Shown here: in pieces, positions 34,138 through 42,302 of the stretch | Numbering within the stretch: position 1 is the stretch's first letter | How the letters are laid out: every line of letters starts with the position of its first letter | From: a virus | Taxonomy: Duplodnaviria > Caudoviricetes | Virus record (IMG/VR): IMGVR_UViG_3300037751_000271 | Span: 1 to 42,302 of that record | Length of the DNA: 42,302 nucleotides | Strand: one strand, 5' to 3' | Position numbers and translations under genes: made by a program | The notes under the pieces: model-generated | What the model was told of the DNA's origin: nothing | Databases searched by the model: none | The model's input: the letters and a program-made list of their open reading frames with translations, nothing else

Positions 34138-34370
34138 AATGACAAATCCCATGGATTATATTTCTGAAACATTTTCGGGTATAAAATACCGGCCTTGCTC
34201 ATAAGCAAACGGCGGCATTGGATGCAGGTAACTTTCGCCTTATCGTCTGTAACCCAAACGTCACCCTTGCCAGCCTCTTCAACCGGTGCATAAAACCCTT
34301 TGCGACCGCAGATAGTGTCTCTTCGGCCTGGTTTGAAATCGGCGTTCCTATTAAGATGAACTTTTGCCAT
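34134..34370 (-). CDS. small zinc-binding protein
   Basis: VHL..TICG..VTCIQC. Confidence 0.65.
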   Translation of the reverse strand: MAKVHLNRNADFKPGRRDTICGRKGFYAPVEEAGKGDVWVTDDKAKVTCIQCRRLLMSKAGILYPKMFQKYNPWDLSL

Positions 34371-34372
34371 TA

Positions 34373-35023
34373 CTAAAACTCCTTTTTGCCCGTTGCTTTT
34401 TTGAGGGCTTTTTCTGCCTCATCCAAAACATCGGAGACAAACTGATCGCCATCCTCGTTTATCCGTTTAACAAGGCGATCAAGCGCCGCGTACATCTCCG
34501 GAGCAGCGGCGATCAGGAGGGCGTTTGCCTGCTCAGGATCGGACCTGTGTGACACGCTGCAGATGTGGGGGTATGTGTCGCCACACGCTCTCATGCCCCG
34601 CTTTTTTTCAACCGCTTCAATGTTGGCCACGCTCGCTGATTTACTTCCGCGGACCTCCCAAGGGCCGGGGGTGAATTTGCAGGGGGTGGCAACAATCGCT
34701 GGAAGCACAGGCATCACATAAGTGACAATAATTGCACGCGCTTTATCCGGGTCGGTACGCCCTTTCCTGTCTCCGTTTGAATGATCGTGCATCACCCAGG
34801 AGATCACCGCGTCAATCGCGCCTGCATCCAGAAACCATTTAGCGAGAAGTTCCCAATCGGTGAAACTATCGTCCCAAAGGTAGACATAGGCCTCCCATAC
34901 CTCTGGCCCGCCGGGCACTGTTTTTATAAAATCCAGGGCGGCACACTCGCCGAGTGCTTTTCCCTCGACAGGGCACCCTCCGCCGGTCAATTTTTCGTTA
35001 ATTGTTTCGAGTATCGTGTTCAT
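34373..35023 (-). CDS. phage hypothetical protein
   Basis: FTPGPW and ANALLIAAAPEMYAAL, a common phage accessory motif. Confidence 0.75.
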   Translation of the reverse strand: MNTILETINEKLTGGGCPVEGKALGECAALDFIKTVPGGPEVWEAYVYLWDDSFTDWELLAKWFLDAGAIDAVISWVMHDHSNGDRKGRTDPDKARAIIVTYVMPVLPAIVATPCKFTPGPWEVRGSKSASVANIEAVEKKRGMRACGDTYPHICSVSHRSDPEQANALLIAAAPEMYAALDRLVKRINEDGDQFVSDVLDEAEKALKKATGKKEF

Positions 35024-35838
35024 TGCATCCTCCTGATATCTTCATAATCACAAGCCAAATCCGACGGGTTTGAACAGAACATGAATCCGGTCGGCTTAAC
35101 TCTTACCATTCTGTGTTTGCAATGCGGGCACTGCTCGTCGGTCAATTCGTGTACACATTCACCATTTCCACAGCTTAAAACGTTACAGCGCCATGGCTTG
35201 GCCATCCACCTGTTGTCATACTGCTGAAGCCCCCAAGCGATGGCATAGCAGCACCACAGAAATCTATGGGTGTACTCGGTAACGCTCACTTCCCAGAAAT
35301 CCTTAAAACTGAACCTCAGGAAGTCATTGACTTGAAAGCTGAATTCGTTGGCGGCGACCTGCTTCCGATAGCCGCCACTGTCGGCCTCCGCTTTAATGAC
35401 CTCGCTCACGACAGCATTCCACAGCTCGCGGCGTTCTTCCTTGCTCGTCCAGCTGGCGCTATCTCTGACCCAAGCGATGAGATATTCCATAATTTCCCGA
35501 TTAAACTTTTTCTCGCTGAACTCCTTAACCCCGCCGTTCTTGTCGACGGCGACCAGCTTTTCCGCCCAATATCCACGGTTGATGAACAGGGCTTGCTCCT
35601 CTGTCGACTGTCTGTCTGTCCGGAAGAACTCGAACATGTCGTGGAGGCGGGTGAAAACATAGGTGCCCATATCCCCGGCATAGCAGAGGTGGCCAGGCCA
35701 GGTGATCAGGTTGAAGCTCATGCAATAAGTGTCAGGCATACCGAAACGGATGTGACGATAAACGCCGTCGTCACGGATGATTTGCATCTGGTGATTTTTG
35801 ACATCCTTAAGGAATTGTTTTTCTGTTAGCTCATTCAT
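35020..35838 (-). CDS. conserved phage hypothetical protein with C-terminal Zn ribbon
   Basis: ATGA-coupled start; DDGVYRHIRF, LITWPGHLCYAGDMG, YWAEK; CPHC..CSN. Confidence 0.8.
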   Translation of the reverse strand: MNELTEKQFLKDVKNHQMQIIRDDGVYRHIRFGMPDTYCMSFNLITWPGHLCYAGDMGTYVFTRLHDMFEFFRTDRQSTEEQALFINRGYWAEKLVAVDKNGGVKEFSEKKFNREIMEYLIAWVRDSASWTSKEERRELWNAVVSEVIKAEADSGGYRKQVAANEFSFQVNDFLRFSFKDFWEVSVTEYTHRFLWCCYAIAWGLQQYDNRWMAKPWRCNVLSCGNGECVHELTDEQCPHCKHRMVRVKPTGFMFCSNPSDLACDYEDIRRMQ

Positions 35839-36761
35839 TTTCCTTCCCCCCAGATAAGATCGTCGTGAGTGCGGCCATCGAGCAGGCGGCCGGCTTTCTT
35901 TTTGCCGACGCGCTGCAATCCATGTGAGTGGAGTTCGTATTTTCCACAACGAGAGGCTTCCCATGGTGCCCATTCTCCCCACTGCTTAAAAAAGAACGGC
36001 ACACTGGCGGCTTCACACTGATCGCGGACGCTGCGAACCCAATCCGGGTTCATTGGGCGGGCGTTCTTGCCGGACTCGCCACCGAGGAGGACTTGGTGGA
36101 AGGTGTTTCTTCCTCGCTGGCTGACTATATTGTTATTCATATCCGTCCATAAAAACGGTCGCAAGTCCACCTGCCCCAGCATCGGCTCTATCGACAGAAA
36201 CCGCTTGCCCGGCACTTGCAGTAAGTACGGAATACGCTCGTCGGCCGTAGCCTGATTCTCGACGGTGACGCCGTGCCAAATAAAAGAAAGTCCGGTTCCC
36301 ATAGGAAAAAGAGTTTTAGTGTATTTAGCCATTCGCTCCGAGCGTTTAGTGAGAATTAAAAATATGTGTTGTGAGCATGACGCCATCACCGCATAAGCAC
36401 GGTCGCGGAAAGCATCTGTCACATCTTCATGATAAAGGTCGTTCCAGATCGCCCATACGGTTGGCTTCTTTGTGCGCAGCGGCAGGTCAAGGTTATCCTC
36501 GCGGCAGACAATATTTCCGGCAAAGCCACCCTGCAGATGACCGGAATAGGAAATAACATCCGTAGCCCTATCAGAGATTTTACTGTTAGGGTGATTGCAA
36601 CGCATTTTTGTTTCAGCCTCACTCCAGCAGCTATCACAACCCGGCGAGACCTTGGTGCAGCCTTCCACCAACTTCCAGGCGCGGTCCCAAAAGAGCCCTT
36701 TAGCCCGACGCTTATCCATAATTTTTTCCCTCTCGATCGCGTGCAGTTCGTTATCCATCAT
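35835..36761 (-). CDS. DUF5131 (phage Gp37/Gp68) three-Cys protein
   Basis: GCTKVSPGCDSCW, LTKR, SIEPMLG, GGESG..ARPM, FFFKQWG. Confidence 0.9.
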   Translation of the reverse strand: MMDNELHAIEREKIMDKRRAKGLFWDRAWKLVEGCTKVSPGCDSCWSEAETKMRCNHPNSKISDRATDVISYSGHLQGGFAGNIVCREDNLDLPLRTKKPTVWAIWNDLYHEDVTDAFRDRAYAVMASCSQHIFLILTKRSERMAKYTKTLFPMGTGLSFIWHGVTVENQATADERIPYLLQVPGKRFLSIEPMLGQVDLRPFLWTDMNNNIVSQRGRNTFHQVLLGGESGKNARPMNPDWVRSVRDQCEAASVPFFFKQWGEWAPWEASRCGKYELHSHGLQRVGKKKAGRLLDGRTHDDLIWGEGK

Positions 36762-37018
36762 GCGCCTCCATCTGCACAGGCTGGAGCGGCGTAATTCAGT
36801 TCGGCGGTGCGCGTTTCTCTGCGCAGACGCTCCAGCTCGGTTTTGGGAATCCGCAAACCGCGAGAGCCAACACGGTAGGAGTCAATGCCGCCATTCTCCG
36901 GGCCCTGGTCGCACATGTTCTGCGTGGTGCGGATCGAGCAACCGTAGAGCCTGGAGAACTCTTCGGTGGTGTAAACAGAATCAAACCTGGTCTTCTTTGC
37001 CTTCGCACCTGTGATCAT
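36758..37018 (-). CDS. excisionase-family (HTH_17) DNA-binding protein
   Basis: YTTEEFSRLYGCSIRTTQNM..RVGSRGLRIPKTELER; coupled to terL stop. Confidence 0.8.
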   Translation of the reverse strand: MITGAKAKKTRFDSVYTTEEFSRLYGCSIRTTQNMCDQGPENGGIDSYRVGSRGLRIPKTELERLRRETRTAELNYAAPACADGGA

Positions 37019-39021
37019 CCTCTTCCTCCCCGATTATTAAACCAGGCTGGCTTGCCGCCTGATGCTAGATGGTGTTTCTGTTGATGTTCTTCTTTTGGCT
37101 GATCCTCTTCGCGCACCATCTCGTTAAACTTTAGAAAATAAGCCATAGCGATGCTCATCTGGCCGACGTCCCACATGTGATTGGCTTTTCCTTCGGGGCA
37201 TTGCCAGAGGCCGCGATCATCGCGATATTCGACACAGAACTGCTTGGCGTAGGGCAGGTTGCCGTTTTGCAGTTTGACGCCGGGATCGCGCTGCATGAGG
37301 TTGAGCTGCTCGCGGTCGTAACCGGAGTGCAGCACCCAGGCGCCGGGATCGGTGGCGTCGACCTTGAGTTTGTTGTGCAGCAGGTCTTTGTGGTAGTGGG
37401 TGTCGAGCGAGTAACGGTTGAGTCCGCCGGGGATCGGCTTGCCGTTGGGATAAACCTCGGTGCGGCTGATAGAGACCGGGCGCACTTTGCGGGTTCTGGC
37501 TCCCATGGCCGGGAACGCCCCGCGGCCTTTGCACCAGGCGTAGACTTCGGCGGTGCGGTGGCCGAGGGCGTCGATCATGGCGTAGGCAATCTTGTATTCG
37601 CGATCCTGGTTGTCGAAATACCGTTCTTCGTCAATAAGATAATCGAGGGCGGAGAAGTCGGCGGTGTGGGCTGATGGCACAAAGCCGTACTTGACTTGCC
37701 AGCTCTTGAGGTCTGATCCGAAGCGCCAACCGCGGACTTCGTACCAGAAACCCTTGTCCTGGGTGTCGGCAACCAGGGTAAGGATGTCGCTTTCGGGGTG
37801 GACCTGCCCGGCGGGGCGATCATCACACAGGCGCAGAATAGCGTCTTCCTGGCGGTCTTTTTGTTCTTCGACGTAGTCGATGGCTTTGATGCCGTGGGCC
37901 AGATCGATCTTGGCGGAGCCGTCGCCGGCCCTGCCTTTGAGGATGGTGGTGGCAATTTCGGCCAGGGAGACATCAGGCAGCGGAAAGGCGGAGAGGATAA
38001 AACCGACATCGACAGGTTTTTTGACCTCTTCACCTTTGATGCACTTCCAGGCGTCGGCATCGTCCATGATGCTGTTGTAGGCGTGCTCGCGGTCGGCTTC
38101 GGTGAGCAGCTCGCCGCACTGGTCGCAGGCGTACTCAACACAGCCTGGGTCGGCTTTGATGCTTTCGACAGTGGCCCCTTCCGGGATGATGACCTGTTCT
38201 TCGGTCATGCCCATGAGCTCGCTGCAATGGGGGCAGCGCATGGTGCCTTCCCAGACCTGAACGCAGGCCATCGTGCCCTTATGGAGCCACTTGCCGGCAG
38301 GGGTGCCGCCGAAGAAGTTTTTGGCAAAGCGCTCTGTGCGGCCGCGCTTGCGGATACGATCCAGCGGCGAGGCTTCTTTGCCGACCATCTCCATTTTGTC
38401 AACCTCGTCGCTGAAGGTGTAGCGGGCGCTGAAAACTGCGGTTGAGGTTGTGGAGCCTGACCACGCGGGGATGATTGACATGCCGTTGGTTAAGGTGACA
38501 CCGCCGAGGGTGGTGTCGTTGGCACGCGGGCTTAAGTGTTGTGCGAGGCGCGGCGAGCCCTTAATCATGGCGACCAGCTTTTTCTCCATGATCTTGTCGG
38601 AGGCCTTTTCGTTTGGCATCTGGTAGAAGATATTGCCGGGGGCCTGATCGATGACCCAGGCGATGCAGCTGAGTTTGGTGTTGGTTTTACTGCCCTGATC
38701 GACACCACAGAACCAGACTTCGCGCACCCATGGCATGGCCCAGGTGTCCATGACCTTGGTGGCATGACGGGCGAACTCGCGGCGATAGGGGCCGGTGTGC
38801 GTGTCGGCAGCGGGCATCTGGCGATACTTGACCGAGAGCTCGCTGGGCGCCATGCGCTTTGCACGACGGCAACGGCTGCGCACGGCAGGCGGGATGTTTA
38901 GTTCGACCTGACGCCCGGCAACGGCTTTGCGCCAGGATGATGGCATCCATGGGCGCAGCGGCAGGCGCAGCGGGGCGGTTTCGATCAGGTCAATCTGTTC
39001 GGCGGCATTACTCGCTTGCAT
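37015..39021 (-). CDS. terminase large subunit (lambda gpA family)
   Basis: QGSKT Walker A-like, SDEVDK, GTP, CPHC/CDQC, DTQD, NHMWD. Confidence 0.92.
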   Translation of the reverse strand: MQASNAAEQIDLIETAPLRLPLRPWMPSSWRKAVAGRQVELNIPPAVRSRCRRAKRMAPSELSVKYRQMPAADTHTGPYRREFARHATKVMDTWAMPWVREVWFCGVDQGSKTNTKLSCIAWVIDQAPGNIFYQMPNEKASDKIMEKKLVAMIKGSPRLAQHLSPRANDTTLGGVTLTNGMSIIPAWSGSTTSTAVFSARYTFSDEVDKMEMVGKEASPLDRIRKRGRTERFAKNFFGGTPAGKWLHKGTMACVQVWEGTMRCPHCSELMGMTEEQVIIPEGATVESIKADPGCVEYACDQCGELLTEADREHAYNSIMDDADAWKCIKGEEVKKPVDVGFILSAFPLPDVSLAEIATTILKGRAGDGSAKIDLAHGIKAIDYVEEQKDRQEDAILRLCDDRPAGQVHPESDILTLVADTQDKGFWYEVRGWRFGSDLKSWQVKYGFVPSAHTADFSALDYLIDEERYFDNQDREYKIAYAMIDALGHRTAEVYAWCKGRGAFPAMGARTRKVRPVSISRTEVYPNGKPIPGGLNRYSLDTHYHKDLLHNKLKVDATDPGAWVLHSGYDREQLNLMQRDPGVKLQNGNLPYAKQFCVEYRDDRGLWQCPEGKANHMWDVGQMSIAMAYFLKFNEMVREEDQPKEEHQQKHHLASGGKPAWFNNRGGRG

Positions 39022-39673
39022 CCTCGGTTTCCTCTATCTGCTTGCGGGTTGCTTCATTCATGGTGGGGCTGTATTCGATCCCGTCGTAATCGTCGGCAAG
39101 GTTGGCGTAAGATCCTTTGCCGTCTTCTTCGTCCTCCTCGAAGGTGACCATGCGGGTTGACTCTTTAACGGCTTCGGCCATGGCGGTGGCGATCATCGCT
39201 TCGAGGCCATGGGAGAATTCGGCGGCACGGTTGATGTTGCCGCCGGCCAGGTAGATCAACTCGGAGAGCTTGATGGTTTTCTGTTGATCAAGCATTTCGT
39301 AAACCAACCCGGCGAAAGTGGCGAGCTGGATCTCGTGATCGACCTTCTCCATCCAGCGGTCGTCTTCTTTGCGGTTTTTGCGTTCAGCGGCTTCAACGGT
39401 GGCGCGTTTTTCGCGCATGTCGAGTTCGCGCATTTCGTCTGTGTAGCTTTTGTCGGCCAGAGATTGCCCGGTTTCCGGTTTGATATCGCACTTCTCGCGG
39501 ATGTAGGCGAGCAGGCCTGCAAGGGCGACGGTTTTGTCTGGTGCGACCAGTTGGTACTTTTCGCAGTCTTCATAAAACTGCGAGTTGCTGACCGGGTAGC
39601 CACCGGCCTTGATGAAAAGGGCGTAGGCCTGGGCGCGGTTTTTGTAGGATTGTTGGTATAGTTGGTCGCTCAT
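39008..39673 (-). CDS. putative terminase small subunit
   Basis: Directly upstream of and overlapping terL; N-terminal HTH-like region, coiled coil, acidic tail. Confidence 0.65.
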   Translation of the reverse strand: MSDQLYQQSYKNRAQAYALFIKAGGYPVSNSQFYEDCEKYQLVAPDKTVALAGLLAYIREKCDIKPETGQSLADKSYTDEMRELDMREKRATVEAAERKNRKEDDRWMEKVDHEIQLATFAGLVYEMLDQQKTIKLSELIYLAGGNINRAAEFSHGLEAMIATAMAEAVKESTRMVTFEEDEEDGKGSYANLADDYDGIEYSPTMNEATRKQIEETEDASE

Positions 39674-41130
39674 CCAAAAAGACTCCGGGTTTCAGTAACC
39701 GGATGAATACCCAACACCGTGGCATCGGGCACGACCCGTTTGAACATCAGCGCGAAAACGGCTTCTTCTTTGTGTTCCTTGAGAATGGCCATCTCGGCAT
39801 AATCGAAAAAGATGTGATCCGGGTAGCGCTCAAGCAATACAGCCCGATCGGCGCGAGACTCGGCGATGATCAACGGCGTGCCGTCTTTTGATTCGGCTTC
39901 GGTGTAGCTTCCGTTGAGGCCGGGACGCGCAGAGTCAACACCTTCGCCCTTGACTGGTGGCTTTGGCGGTGCGGTTGGTTTTGGTACCGATATCGGTTTC
40001 GATGGCTTGATCAGGCACGCGGGTGGCAGGCCTGCGGTGATCCAGGCGCGGATGTCGCCATTAAAGTCTTGAAAGAACTCGCCGGGATCCTTGCCTTCTG
40101 GGACCGGCCAGCGCTCTGCCCGGGGAAATTGCTGGAACCACCACTTGGCGGCCTGACCTCCGGGGTTTTCGTGTTTGCCGGTGCGCTCGTTTTCGCGCGG
40201 TTCGAAATCGAGGGCGACCAGAATGACGAGGGCTTGCTGCAGCAGTGGCCAGGTGGATTGCTTTGGTTTGGCGGTGGCGCTGACCATGGGCATGGCTCCA
40301 ACCAGATCGCCAGCGAGCCAATCGATCAACAGCGCATCGAGATCGGATTCAACGGCGACGATGGCGCGGGCTTCTGGATTAAGGATGATCTTGTCATCAC
40401 CGGAGCCTTGCACTTCGAGATAGCCGGGGCCGTTGGGCTTGCGATCTTCAACCGGGATCCGGATGCGCAGGCGGTGAGGCCGCTCGTCAACAAAAGAGGG
40501 GATCAACAGCCCGCGGTTGATCTTGAGCCGCTTCGGTTTAGCGTTGTTATCCCAGAATTCTTCGGGCAGACCCCAGGCGGTGCGCGGACGGAAGAAGTCT
40601 TTATCGAGCCAGCCGAGTTTGTACTTTTCTACCGCTTGCCGGGGCAGTCCACGCTTGGCGAGATAGGCGAGCTGCTCGGGGCACTCAAGGAGTGCGGCGT
40701 GGGCGAAGTCGATCAGTTTGCCGGCTTTCTCTTGCCACAGCTCTTGGGCCGGGCGGGCTTCGGATGGATTGAACTGAGGCGCTGCGGGCTTGTTGCCGGT
40801 GGCTGGTTTGAGCGGTTGTTTTGATCTGGTGACCTGTTCACTACCCTGGGGGCATTTACCCAGCGCGGGGCAATCGGTGGACGTGCACTTACGGCCGAGA
40901 GTGGCGTGAGCCTCACTGCACTTCATGTTTTCGAAGGTGCGCAGGAAACCGATGCTGTCGCCGTGGCCACAGCTGCGGCAGAACCATTTGTCCTGATCTG
41001 GCTTGACGCTGAACCGATCAGTCTTCTCCGGGCCGGACTTGCCGGGACCGCAGGCCGGGCAGGGGCCGTGATACTCGTTGCCGACTTTGCGGAGCTGGAC
41101 GCGGGCGATGGCGAGATCTAGGAGGTTCAT
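39670..41130 (-). CDS. DNA primase (Zn finger + Toprim)
   Basis: CPAC..RFSV..WFCRSC; YLAKRGL; VESDLDALL; LDFE; KDPGE. Confidence 0.85.
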   Translation of the reverse strand: MNLLDLAIARVQLRKVGNEYHGPCPACGPGKSGPEKTDRFSVKPDQDKWFCRSCGHGDSIGFLRTFENMKCSEAHATLGRKCTSTDCPALGKCPQGSEQVTRSKQPLKPATGNKPAAPQFNPSEARPAQELWQEKAGKLIDFAHAALLECPEQLAYLAKRGLPRQAVEKYKLGWLDKDFFRPRTAWGLPEEFWDNNAKPKRLKINRGLLIPSFVDERPHRLRIRIPVEDRKPNGPGYLEVQGSGDDKIILNPEARAIVAVESDLDALLIDWLAGDLVGAMPMVSATAKPKQSTWPLLQQALVILVALDFEPRENERTGKHENPGGQAAKWWFQQFPRAERWPVPEGKDPGEFFQDFNGDIRAWITAGLPPACLIKPSKPISVPKPTAPPKPPVKGEGVDSARPGLNGSYTEAESKDGTPLIIAESRADRAVLLERYPDHIFFDYAEMAILKEHKEEAVFALMFKRVVPDATVLGIHPVTETRSLFG

Positions 41131-41182
41131 GTCAAACGATTCCTTTTGTTTTGCCAGGGTTGGTTATAAGTAAATTCCACAG

Positions 41183-41467
41183 CAGGACGAAAGGATTACC
41201 GCAGGACGATTTTTTTTAGTAATCCTGCAGTTAACTTCCTGTTTATTCATCTCTTTTTCTTTCATCATGACTAAATGACCTTTTTCCTAAAAGTAGATAT
41301 TGTTTAAAAATATTTTATTTGCTTGTTAGTTTTACGTGCGCGCGCACACGGGCGTACTTTGTGGACTTTCGTCCTGTTGTCCTGTTTCTCGATTTTCTCT
41401 TTTAAGTCTGGCTAGTTAAATGCAGGATTTGTTTAAAAAATAATCCTGCGGTAATCCTATGGTCATG
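41183..41467. other. putative replication origin with inward-facing iterons
   Basis: ~55-bp imperfect inverted repeats (41183-41236 / 41414-41467) with perfect 15-bp core AGGATTACCGCAGGA, flanking an AT-rich centre. Confidence 0.65.
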
Positions 41468-41507
41468 GCCCGCACCCCAGAGAATGGCGTGCCAGAAAAT
41501 AAAACAG

Positions 41508-42302
41508 TCATCTTGCGTCTGGATCGAAGCGCACGGTAAGGCCGAAGATACGGACGTTGCCGCCGACTTTGTCTTTCTTATAGCCTCGCTTGACGATGTC
41601 GGCACCGATCCGCTTGCGGCTTGGTGCGTAGTCGCCATGGTTGTCTTTGTGCCAGGTCTCGAAATCTTTGTAGAAGTCTTTGAGCAGAACGCTTTTGTAG
41701 GGGTCGTCTGGATGGCGATCGCATCGATGTTCGATAAATTGGCCGAGGACGTCTTCGTCTTCGCGAAGCTGGTCGATGTCGGCCTTGATTTTGTCGGGTG
41801 GGTTGAGCCCCTGTTGCTGATAGAGGATGCAGCCGCGCACGAGCCAGGCGAGTATGCCGGGGGCTTCTTTGGCGAGTCTGGCGGGCAGGCCTCGATCTTT
41901 CTGCCGGAAGAAGCCTTCGAGTGCCGGTTTTTTTCTGGTCTCTCCGTCGATATCGTCGACGTAGAGGAATGGGAACTTGATGTAGATCAGCCGCTGGAGC
42001 AGGGCGAAGTCTTTGGTGAGACCCAGGGGGATGCTGTTGGTGTGGATGAAGAGCTTCCATGTTTGGGCGATGTTGATTTCGTCGGACTGGTAGAGCGGCC
42101 GGGCTTTGATGGTGTCACCGCCGGTGAGTTGTTTGACGGCGGATCCTGAAATGCGTCGGTTCTCATCAGTCTCACTGCCGACGATCAGGCGCCGGCCATC
42201 GAGTGCGACAAGGTCGGCCGCGGCTCCGGAGCTGGACCTGGCGTTCTTCTGCTCGAGGATCAGCTCTGGTGAGATGACCCAGGCGAAGTCGCCAAGGATT
42301 TT
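41508..42302 (-). CDS. P4/D5-family SF3 helicase, C-terminal part (5' partial)
   Basis: Frame is open to the window edge: DLVALDGRRLIVGSE (Walker B), KQLTGGDTIKARPLY, FIHTN (motif C), GILAWLVRG; the ORF track shows only the last 110 aa. Confidence 0.9.
   Translation of the reverse strand, partial: KILGDFAWVISPELILEQKNARSSSGAAADLVALDGRRLIVGSETDENRRISGSAVKQLTGGDTIKARPLYQSDEINIAQTWKLFIHTNSIPLGLTKDFALLQRLIYIKFPFLYVDDIDGETRKKPALEGFFRQKDRGLPARLAKEAPGILAWLVRGCILYQQQGLNPPDKIKADIDQLREDEDVLGQFIEHRCDRHPDDPYKSVLLKDFYKDFETWHKDNHGDYAPSRKRIGADIVKRGYKKDKVGGNVRIFGLTVRFDPDAR

Larger units (their letters stand above)
369..42302. mobile_element. temperate siphophage (lambda-like head, Chi/D3112-like tail tip), integrating at tRNA-Ala(GGC)
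   Basis: Integrase, att, repressor, head, tail, lysis, packaging and replication modules all present; extends past the right edge. Confidence 0.95.

Noticed and set aside
41183-41467. MITE or IS ends
   Set aside because: No target-site duplication or transposase seen; the internal iteron pattern and location fit an origin better.
41508-41840. Stand-alone 110-aa gene or helicase pseudogene
   Set aside because: Manual translation shows the frame is open without stops to the window edge.

Overview
The whole window is temperate siphophage DNA; no host housekeeping gene is visible. On the + strand (left) are a CI-like repressor with two palindromic operators, a lysogeny cassette (secreted protein, small membrane protein, ClpP-fold/SDH-family serine protease), a tyrosine integrase and an att core matching the 3' half of tRNA-Ala(GGC). 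Phage genes lie on both sides of this core, so it looks like attP (excised/free phage) or a tandem-prophage junction. The rest is on the - strand. Reading right to left: a partial P4/D5 SF3 helicase; an AT-rich inverted-repeat region (probable origin); primase; small and large (lambda gpA-like) terminase; an Xis-like HTH; and ~8.5 kb of accessory genes (DUF5131, C5 methyltransferase, a PhaC/PhaZ-like Cys hydrolase, a self-contained two-gene moron). Next come a 9-bp-repeat late promoter, lambda-like head genes, an embedded lysis cassette, tail tube, frameshifted chaperones, tape measure, a Chi/D3112-like tail tip, lectin-domain proteins and a ~1530-aa beta-helix fibre/spike with an apparent signal peptide. 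Most notable: the phage-borne PHA-metabolism-type enzyme; the signal-peptide-bearing fibre; the split terminase/portal layout with a candidate Xis-like late activator and its repeat array; and the protease cassette with a nested out-of-frame ORF. All family calls come from motif recognition by eye, not database searches.
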